A stretch of 20,969 nucleotides of DNA from Eremomyces bilateralis CBS 781.70 (lineage: Eukaryota). Of the stretch, positions 12,960 to 20,969 are shown one piece after another. The stretch lies in the NCBI GenBank assembly GCA_010015585.1, contig ML975151.1. The stretch is one strand, 5' to 3'. The stretch's first letter is position 1, and each line of letters begins with the position of its first letter. The position numbers and the translations under genes were made by a program. The notes beneath the pieces are model-generated. The model saw only the letters and a program-made list of their open reading frames with translations, searched no databases and had not been told where the DNA came from.

Positions 12960-13036
12960 ATTACTTAGTCATCCGTTTCCCCGCTTCGGCTATTACTTAG
13001 TCATTCGTTTCCCCTCTTCGGCTATTACTTAGTCAT
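12960..13036. repeat. Tandem direct repeat: two 32-bp units plus a 13-bp partial unit, each starting ATTACTTAGTCAT
   Basis: Units at 12960-12991 and 12992-13023 differ at two positions; a third ATTACTTAGTCAT is at 13024-13036. Confidence 0.92.
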
Positions 13037-13365
13037 AGGTATATCTACCTCGTTCGGTACTCTACTTCTTACAGAAATAAAAGCACTTTACATTCTTCGT
13101 CACGTAACCTATTGCTTCCGTGTGGATAGACACGCTAAGCTATCAACACAAAGGGAAAGGTCGTACTCTAGGAGATACTACATGGAGAACTCTGACACCC
13201 CTGAGGCTGACCTATGGTATCAATATCTTGAATAGTGTTGACATGGCTGTCTTCAACGACAAACCAGTGTCTTTGTTTCCAACCTGTATGGAACTTGATG
13301 CTTCAGGTATCAAAATCCGGTTATGGTTAGTGCTTGATAACCACTTCAATGAAGTGGTCAATCTT

Positions 13366-13690
13366 TGTTAAACAACCTTTCCTTTGTACGAACTTTCCTC
13401 TATAAAGACAAAGGTAAGGGATTTGCCGCAAACGGATAGGCAGGAGGATTATATAAGGGACGGTTCTGTACTGTTATTTAGTTTTAAACACAGCGCAACT
13501 ATTCTATCGATATTGGACTGTCATTCTGAGAACAATAGCCTATAGCTTGTATTGTTCTTCGTCTTATCTTTTTTCCTTTGAACTATATGAAGTTCCTTAC
13601 CCACTGTGCCTAAGGTTGAGCCTCTGTAGATATTCCAAACGTGGAAGTTTGACCCTCTACAGACATTCCAATCTTAGCACAATCTCAACA
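13366..13690 (+). mobile_element. Putative degenerate solo LTR (about 325 bp)
   Basis: TGTTAA...TCAACA termini (inverted match TGTTGA with one G>A), TATATAA at 13450, degenerate 23-nt direct repeat at 13616-13638/13649-13671, AT-rich. No target-site duplication seen and no second copy in the window. Confidence 0.4.
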
Positions 13691-13925
13691 AATAGTTATC
13701 GTGTATGTAACTATTGTAGATAACTAGTTATTCTTTAGCTTTAACTGCAATAAATTAAAGTAGCTCTTACAATTTTCGCGGTCAAACCGTCTTTATGGTA
13801 CACAGAAATTTATGGGATATGGCAGCTAGATGTCCAAATCCTCTTTATAATCATTGTTTGCTGCAATCGGCCTCCACTTAAATAAACCAGCTAGAAAAGA
13901 ATCTAACTATCTATACCTTAATATG

Positions 13926-14163
13926 TGTCATTGGCCCAAACCACGAAGGATTTGGTAAGCTGGTACTCCGTAACGCTGATGAATTGCTAAAGAGAAAGGA
14001 AAAGATCTCTCTTATCTGGTGGTGGCCTGGTGGGTGGGTCCAAGGGCACGGATACTGCGATCTGCTATTTAATTACATCTGTGGGCGAACGGTCTACCAA
14101 TCCCTTCTGCCTTAGGCCGCAAGGCCACAACACACAGACTGGGCGAAGCCCAAGACTGTCACA
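13926..14163 (-). mobile_element. Solo LTR (238 bp) of the same family as the Gypsy 3' LTR at 20419-20606
   Basis: TGTCA...GTCACA termini; aligns end to end with 20419-20606 apart from insertions of 7, 40 and 4 nt and a few substitutions. No polypurine tract or primer-binding site next to it. Confidence 0.88.
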
Positions 14164-14892
14164 CACAGTTGTGTTTAGAAGGTTGGCGCTCCCTATAGCG
14201 TCCTCTGAATCGAGGATGAGTTCATGAGTCGATGAGTAAGCGTTGAGAACGCACGAGCCAGGGGCGCGGATCTGCCGCTTGGGGAGAGTGATCCCTACGG
14301 ACCCTACCTTAGTGCACGGTTTGTAATCCTAACAAATCGTGGTACCCTAGCGCCCGGTATGAAGCAATGGAACAACATCTGGTTTCGCTATTCGATTTTC
14401 ACTTTCGGTCCAATTAGCAATCCATTCATGTTTGGATATCCTCGCTATGATTGGTCCTCCAATTAATAACTGCGTATGCTTCATAAGCATCTCGCATTAC
14501 CACTATGACGAGGCATGCTCTAACGGATCGTGAATCTATTCCCTACATTCTACAGAATTCGGTGAGTAGTTTAACGATTAGAAATCAATTCAGCTCTATA
14601 TTCAGACATCGGTGGTCTCGTATCGGTTCCACTACGCAAAATTTATATATAGGTATAGTCATGACCAGTCTAAGTTCTGCCGTTATTCGGTCATATTCTG
14701 TCTTCTCGTTAGGCATCCAGCATTGGGGATATATATCTCCTAGCAGGTCCTTTAGGTTCGATTCGTTTTTAAAGAATCTTGCAACCAATCTATTCCAGCC
14801 AGATCAAGTCTCTACATCTTTCGCCTTCTAGTTTCGCTGTCATCCAATCCCAAAAACTTGTCGGTTGCAAAACATTCCCCCAGGACGAACAA

Positions 14893-16854
14893 ATGATGAG
14901 CGACCTCATCAGAGACGCCCCTATTGGGCAAATCATCCGCTACCTTACCAAGAACAAAGTTCTCCAATACCCAGAAGAGCGTGCAGACTTTGAATTGCCA
15001 GAATCATACGCCGACGCTAATACTAAGTTTACCCCTAAATCGCCAATCGAACCAGTGTCCAGTCTCTACAACGAGAAGCCCTTGCAACCTGAAGCCAGCC
15101 CAGCAAGTGAAGAAGTTGAACCTCCAATAGATTTGGATCTCGAGAAGCTCGATACCGCTTTAATTCACGATGGCGAGCATTCAGCACACCTCAGTCGGAT
15201 CCAGAGTTCCCTCACTAGGGTGACCACTCGAGGAGCCTTTTCAAGATCTCACACACGGGCCGAACTGGAGCACCAGATCACCATAGCCACGATGGAGCGA
15301 GGACCGACCCGGCAGATTGTGCCGGAGCGCACATCAGATGGGGCTATCCTCGTCGACTGGTATACGACGGACGATCCTGATAATCCGCAGAATTGGAGTC
15401 TGAAGAAGAAGCTGTTCGTCGCAGGCCTTATCTATCTCTATACATTTTCAGTATATATGGTGAGTCAACCCAACCGTGTCTAGGTACCTACGTATAGCCC
15501 TAACTGGTTTATAGGGCAGCTCTATCTTCACGGCTAGTTACACCGGCGTCATCGAAGAATTCGGTGTCTCCCTTCAAAAGGTGACGCTGGGTCTCTCGAT
15601 GTACGTCCTCGCCTACGGAGTCGGCCCCATGCTCTTCTCCCCAATCAGCGAGATGCCCTCCGTTGGCCGTAACCCGCCATACATCGTCACTTTCCTGATT
15701 TTCGTCCTCATGCTCATCCCCGCCGCCCTCGCCCGCAATTTCTCCGGACTCATCGCCGCACGATTCTTCCAAGGTTTTTTCGGATCTCCCTGTCTCGCGA
15801 CGGCCGGCGCTAGTTTACAAGATATTTTCTCGATGCTGAAGTTGCCATATGCCATCTCTCTCTGGGCCTTGGTGGCCACATGCGGTCCCGCATTCGGTCC
15901 CATCATCGCGGGCTTTAGTACCCCGGTCGAAGGCTGGCGATGGAGCCAGTGGGAATTACTCTGGCTGGCTGCACCCGTCTGGCTGGCCATGTTCCTCTTC
16001 CTCCCCGAGACCTCTACCCCCAACATCCTCCTCCGGCGTGCGAATCGACTCCGCGCCCTAACCGGGGAGAACCGGCTGAAAAGCCAGGGCGAGGTTGATC
16101 AATCGAACATGACCGTGAACGGTCTAATCATAGAGAGCCTTTGGCGACCAATGCAGCTCATGCTCTTAGATCCCAGCATTGCGTTCACCGCGGTCTACAT
16201 TGCTCTCATCTACGGGATCTTCTACTCGTTCTTCGAGTCCTTTCCGCTGGTATACATGGAAATATACGGCTTCAACCAAGGCCAGACAGGCCTCACCTTC
16301 ATCTCTATCACCGTCGGCACCGTCGTCGCCCTCAGCGCCTACTGGGCCTACATCTACTGGATCGTCGAGCCCGAAATCCGCACGAGCGGCCTCGGTGCCC
16401 CTGAACGCCGTCTAATCCCCGCGCTCTTCTCCGCCTTCCTCGTCCCCGCCGGCCTCTTCATCTTCGGTAAGTCCCATTCCACTCCGCATCCCATATAACC
16501 CGCTCACTCCCACGTCTAGCATGGACCGCCTCCCCCTCCATCCACTGGATCGTCTCCATCATCGGCGTCGGAATCTTCTGCGTCGGAGTCACCTTCATCA
16601 TCCAGTGCATCTTCATGTACCTCCCCCTTTCCTATCCACAGTACGCCGCGTCGTTGTTCGCCGGGAACGACTTCGCCCGGTCGGCGCTCGCGTCGGGGAC
16701 GATCCATTTCTCCACTCCGATGTACCACAGCCTGGGCGTCGATCGCGGCGTTTCCTTGTTGGCGGGGCTCACCGTCGGGTGTATTGCCGGTGTTTATATT
16801 CTTTATTTCTACGGAGCCACGTTGCGGGCGAACAGCCGATTCGCGGCGAAGTAA
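14893..16854 (+). CDS. MFS multidrug transporter, DHA1 drug:H+ antiporter family (FLR1/MDR1/Caf5-like); join(14893..15459,15515..16466,16520..16854), 617 aa
   Basis: MSDLIRDAPIGQIIR N-terminus, DWYTTDDPDNPQNWS, SEMPSVGRNPPY, RFFQGFFGSP, GPAFGPIIAGF, FLPETS, PERRL, YAASLFAGNDFARS and many hydrophobic segments. Introns GTGAGT..CTAAC..TAG (15460-15514) and GTAAGT..CTCAC..TAG (16467-16519). The start may be the ATG at 14893 or 14896. Confidence 0.93.
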
Positions 16855-16975
16855 AGAGTGCATTTTGTTAGGCGTTTGTGGCGGCAGGACAAGGAACTGG
16901 ATTAAAATGGGATTCGGCGCTAAAATAGCGAGCGTAATTGTCGTCCAGTGTTATGGGCATGGCCCATGGTTGGCA

Positions 16976-17007
16976 TAGGCTGAGAGCCTCAGCCTAATCA
17001 AGCCTAG
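16976..17007 (+). mobile_element. Helitron-like 3' terminus (hairpin, then CTAG followed by T)
   Basis: Perfect 9-bp stem TAGGCTGAG-AGC-CTCAGCCTA (16976-16996), then CTAG at 17004-17007 ending 11 nt after the stem, then T. No RepHel coding sequence or 5' end identified. Confidence 0.4.
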
Positions 17008-17038
17008 TAGCGTCGAGATAGAACCTCATCAAGATTCC

Positions 17039-17189
17039 TGTCACAGGTACCTTTACTCTTAATCTCAATCTGGAATATCTTTGGCTACGTGCGATGGATC
17101 AGAGGTGTATGGACCTGGATGCCTTATGGCCTTGTGGCCCGTTTGCTCTGTAAACACCAGAAGGCATAACGCCTTCCACACTTCAGATA
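17039..17189. mobile_element. Putative short degenerate solo LTR (151 bp) flanked by GATTCC direct repeats
   Basis: Starts TGTCAC and ends GATA (GACA with one C>T). GATTCC lies at 17033-17038 and 17190-17195. Internal TTATGGCCTTGTGGCC resembles TTGTGGCCTTGCGGCC on the minus strand of the Gypsy LTR. Confidence 0.45.
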
Positions 17190-18008
17190 GATTCCGCTAA
17201 CCTCTAAGACATAACTGTTACGGTCCCGGCCTGCAGCACGTTCCCAGTTGATATCACGTGGTTGTAACCACGTGACCGGTCTCCCTACTGAGTGGGTGAA
17301 GCTCCTTTCACACCCCGCCGTGCTCCATTCACACCCGCCACCCCGCTCCATTCACACCCTACCTGGTCACATGACATACCAATCCCTTCAAATCTCTGAC
17401 GCAGATTGGGATGGCCCAGTATATGATGCTTTATACGAGTCAAGCCGACCATTCTGCGTTCAAACTCTGTAATTCAATGTATCTAATCGTACAGAGGATC
17501 ACGGATGATCAAAAATGCTAACTTAGGTCCTCGTTTCACTCAAAAGAAGCTGGCGTAAGGCCGCTGATGCGCTCTTGGATGAGATCGCTGAATGACGTCT
17601 CCCCTGGTCGATAGTTCGCAAGTAACCTTCGTGCTTCTTCCGTAATTTCCTGCCCGTCCATCTGCGGCGGAGGGGCTGGCTGGGGCTGTGCTCCTCCGAT
17701 CGATCTTTGGTGTTGTAATGGTGTTGCACGTACCTGTTCGAAGGCAGACGGGAGTCGACGCGAAGAAGGGTCGTTTGGCCGGTCTCTTAGTCCAGGAGGA
17801 AGTCGTGCCATAGCTGGATCGCGTACTGTCGCGAAGGATCCGGGTAGTGGGAGTGTAGGTAACTTGTAAAACCAATAGGAGTCGATCATAGGAAGCTGGA
17901 TTTGCGTATTTTGTGATAGACAACGTCGAATAGTATGGAAGTAAGGAAGTCCAAGAGAAGTCTGATATATGTGTGTGTATGGAGACTGGTTCGAGTAATC
18001 TCCTGAGT

Positions 18009-18163
18009 GCTCTTCATCTCTTTGTCGACGCTCTTCATCTCCCTGTCGACGCTCTTCATCTCCCTGTCGACGCTCTTCATCTCCCTGTCGACGCTCTTCA
18101 TTTCTCTGTCGACGCTCTTCATTTCTCTGTCGCCGCTCTTCATCTCTCCGTCGACGTTCTTCA
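18009..18163 (-). repeat. 21-bp coding tandem repeat (7 units plus a partial) encoding RRQ(G/R)(D/N)EE heptads inside the MULE transposase
   Basis: GCTCTTCATCTCCCTGTCGAC-type units start at 18009, 18030, 18051, 18072, 18093, 18114 and 18135. Confidence 0.95.
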
Positions 18164-18414
18164 AGCCTGATTCGAATGATACTTCGATACATCTTCTTAA
18201 GCGCTTGCGGAGAAACATGTTGGATCACTTCCGGAGAGAAAACGGCGCGATACTTCGGATTGACACGGATTGCAGAGTCCTCTATTGCGACAGTAGCCTC
18301 ATGGTTTGTACGACGGATTGAATGCGTTAATTGATCGATGGTATTCATTATATCGCCTCGTCGAAGCGTGATCCGTCGCTTAATAGTTGCATGAGAACTC
18401 TCGGCCCTCGATGT

Positions 18415-19239
18415 NNNNNNNNNNNNNNNNNNNNNNNNNNNNNNNNNNNNNNNNNNNNNNNNNNNNNNNNNNNNNNNNNNNNNNNNNNNNNNNNNNNNNN
18501 NNNNNNNNNNNNNNNNNNNNNNNNNNNNNNNNNNNNNNNNNNNNNNNNNNNNNNNNNNNNNNNNNNNNNNNNNNNNNNNNNNNNNNNNNNNNNNNNNNNN
18601 NNNNNNNNNNNNNNNNNNNNNNNNNNNNNNNNNNNNNNNNNNNNNNNNNNNNNNNNNNNNNNNNNNNNNNNNNNNNNNNNNNNNNNNNNNNNNNNNNNNN
18701 NNNNNNNNNNNNNNNNNNNNNNNNNNNNNNNNNNNNNNNNNNNNNNNNNNNNNNNNNNNNNNNNNNNNNNNNNNNNNNNNNNNNNNNNNNNNNNNNNNNN
18801 NNNNNNNNNNNNNNNNNNNNNNNNNNNNNNNNNNNNNNNNNNNNNNNNNNNNNNNNNNNNNNNNNNNNNNNNNNNNNNNNNNNNNNNNNNNNNNNNNNNN
18901 NNNNNNNNNNNNNNNNNNNNNNNNNNNNNNNNNNNNNNNNNNNNNNNNNNNNNNNNNNNNNNNNNNNNNNNNNNNNNNNNNNNNNNNNNNNNNNNNNNNN
19001 NNNNNNNNNNNNNNNNNNNNNNNNNNNNNNNNNNNNNNNNNNNNNNNNNNNNNNNNNNNNNNNNNNNNNNNNNNNNNNNNNNNNNNNNNNNNNNNNNNNN
19101 NNNNNNNNNNNNNNNNNNNNNNNNNNNNNNNNNNNNNNNNNNNNNNNNNNNNNNNNNNNNNNNNNNNNNNNNNNNNNNNNNNNNNNNNNNNNNNNNNNNN
19201 NNNNNNNNNNNNNNNNNNNNNNNNNNNNNNNNNNNNNNN
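18415..19239. other. Assembly gap (825 N)
   Basis: Run of N between T18414 and C19240. Confidence 1.
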
Positions 19240-20418
19240 CTCTCGTAGCATAAGCGCAAGGATATCGCTAGGAGCATTTCCTGCCTCTGAGAGCTCAACG
19301 ACCTGGTTAACCCGCGATGGAGATAGCTTCCGATGTACCCGATGGCCACGAGAAGAAAGGAGGGCGTGGTTATGACGAGAATCTTTGACTCTAAGGATCC
19401 AGGCTTCGAGAGATTTATCCAGGCGGACGATGACCTCCCATTCACAGTTATCGCGTAATGATCTCGTCTCCCGAGCTCTTCCTTTACATTCATACCGGCC
19501 GTGGCGGTCACAAGTGATCCAGTACTTCGTTTTCTCTGTCCTATTACCTTGGTTGTCTTTCTTTGAACGATTAACCCGAATACTAAAGTTATGTTGCTTT
19601 GAAAAGGTAAGAATATCTTCCTACGCCTGTTGAAATGTAGGCCATCCGACTGGCGGTTGATGAGGAATAAGATGAGCTGGTTCCTCTGCCTGTAGAAGAG
19701 TAGCCTCATCCTGTCTTGGTAGACCACTAGTATCGCTAATAATCTCATCGATAGGAATATAGCTACTTCTCGACTGAAATGAACGATTCGTATCGGTATC
19801 GCTTGAAAGGATATCTGACTCAGACGAGGAAATCGTGACGTGGCGATAGGTCCGCATAATTCTTTGCCTTCTGTTCGTTGGCGGATTTTCTTGCGCATTG
19901 ATACTATCCTGAAGTCTCTGATTCTCCAAATGTTGCTTCGCTTCATGGTGGAGGGAGGCACGGTTAAAGGATGCGTAAGGTCCGTAGTCCTGTTGTAATG
20001 AAGTCGACCAGAAGGACTTTAGAGATTGAAGCTCCTTAATCGGGACTTGCTTCTGTCGGCCTGCCAGAACCTGTTCTCGGAGCGCTGTAGTGGCCTCGGA
20101 GCATAAGCCAGGCGGAGAAAAAGGTCTTTCTAGCCACTCTTCTAAGCTAGAACGCGAATATAGGGTATCCTGTAGCAGGATCTCGTTCTGATTATGCTGA
20201 GAGTTATCGGAGAGGTCGCGCTCGCGGAGTCGAGAGAATGCTCCAGATATTGCATTGTAAAAGACATTCTCAAGACCGTTCTGAAGCGGTTTAAGAGCTT
20301 TGCGTATCTCCTCATCTACCGAGCTCGATTGCATATCCTGGAAACTGGAATTGATGTCTCAAATACGTCCTCGTCCTCGTTCTCGTCCTCGTTGTTGATA
20401 AGTTGATACATCTCTTAA

Positions 20419-20606
20419 TGTCAAGGGCCCAAACCACGAAGGATTTGGTAAGCTGGTAACGCTGTTGAATTGCTAAAGAGAGAAGGAGAAGATCTCTCTC
20501 ACTGCGATCTGCTATTTACATCTGTGGGCAAACGGTCTACCCATCCCTTCTGCCTTAGGCCGCAAGGCCACAACACACAGACTGGGCAAAGCCCAAGACT
20601 GTCACA
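20419..20606 (-). mobile_element. 3' LTR (188 bp) of a Ty3/Gypsy retrotransposon
   Basis: Minus strand reads TGTGAC...TGACA; it is preceded by the polypurine tract AAAAGGGAGGAG (20626-20615) and the end of pol; second copy at 13926-14163. Confidence 0.9.
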
Positions 20607-20624
20607 AAAGGTCTCTCCTCCCTT

Positions 20625-20969
20625 TTAAGGAGGCCGTCTATCTCCTGCCCTTAACGCTTCGGAAGCAATGTTTCGGCCCGTCTGAGCTTCGTAGTCATCT
20701 AATGCGACAGTATCTTAAACCATTGCAATATCCTCCCACGTCGGGTCTGCGTAGCCGGTCCATTGGCACAGGCATTAGCGCTTCAGAGGTCCTCCTCGGC
20801 CGCGGCCTCGAACGACTCGGTCCGCCAGGATCTTTTCGAGCTCCCACTCTTTTTCGCCATCTACCAGTATTGGGTCTGGTTGAACATCGTCTTGAACTTG
20901 AGTCGGGAAGGGATCATCTGACGTAGGGCGGAGAAGCGACTCGTGGAAAACGTTATGACGTTCCCCTGG
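20625..20969 (-). pseudogene. C-terminus of a chromovirus (Ty3/Gypsy) pol: integrase tail plus chromodomain, with two in-frame stops
   Basis: Minus frame from 20969: PGERHNVFHESLLRP..DPFPTQ..QPDPILVDGEKEWELEKILADR..KR*CLCQWTGYADPTWEDIAMV*DTVALDDYE. TAA codons at 20777-20775 and 20717-20715. The element continues beyond the window and this frame is absent from the ORF track. Confidence 0.92.

Larger units (their letters stand above)
17536..20334 (-). pseudogene. MULE transposase with a premature stop at 19621-19623; catalytic core hidden by the assembly gap
   Basis: Reading through the TAG gives a WRKY/GCM1-type DNA-binding region (FSKQHNFSIRVNRSK..YWITCDRHG..RDNCEW..WIL..HNH). After the gap, TSRAESSHATIKR..GD matches the third catalytic (E) motif of fungal MULEs, followed by a decayed Zn-finger P(Y)TH..SLGLP(Y)FH..(Y)W. 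Confidence 0.82.
17290..20418 (-). mobile_element. Mutator-like (MULE) DNA transposon, RIP-damaged, interrupted at its 5' side by the Gypsy element
   Basis: Candidate terminal region starting GAGTGGGTGAA at 17290 with three GCTCC(T/A)TTCACACCC repeats (17301, 17322, 17345); transposase reading frame 20334 to 17536; abuts the LTR at 20419. The opposite terminal repeat is not in the window, so both boundaries are inferred. Confidence 0.75.

Noticed and set aside
12960..13036. CRISPR-like repeat-spacer pattern
   Set aside because: The intervening sequences are near-identical, so it is a tandem repeat; the context is eukaryotic with no cas genes.
13921..14168. Target-site duplication for the solo LTR
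   Set aside because: Flanks ATATG and CACAG do not match. The 4-nt flanks TATG/CACA differ only by transitions but that is too weak to claim.
14505..14831. 108-aa ORF upstream of the MFS gene
   Set aside because: Overlaps the probable TATA/promoter region (TTTATATATA near 14642) and has no recognisable motif.
18415..19239. Frame continuity across the gap as proof of one ORF
   Set aside because: Gap length is an estimate; the join is supported by domain order, not by the N count.
14164..20418. Single LTR retrotransposon spanning the two LTR copies
   Set aside because: No gag/pol between them, no polypurine tract at the left copy, no primer-binding site at the right copy; the pol end and polypurine tract lie outside, to the right of 20606.

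Overview
Intron-containing fungal (Pezizomycotina-like) genomic DNA. The left 10.5 kb is gene-dense: lumazine synthase RIB4 (+, 3 exons), the H3K4 methyltransferase SET1 (+, 4 exons), a CYP52-clan cytochrome P450 with an apparent 1-bp frameshift (+), and a MEP/Amt ammonium transporter (-, 4 exons). A 4.4-kb divergent intergenic region with transposon relics (a solo LTR, a second LTR-like relic, a tandem repeat carrying AP-1-like sites) leads to an intact DHA1-family MFS drug:H+ antiporter (+, 3 exons). Behind that gene are a Helitron-like 3' terminus signature and a nested transposon pile: LTR relics, a Mutator-like (MULE) transposase spanning an 825-N assembly gap, and the 3' end of a chromodomain-bearing Ty3/Gypsy element. 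The MULE and Gypsy elements carry RIP-type mutations. The most notable arrangement is the MFS transporter bracketed by two same-orientation LTRs of one family, with one LTR about 730 bp upstream of its ATG. All calls come from reading the sequence by eye; no searches were run.
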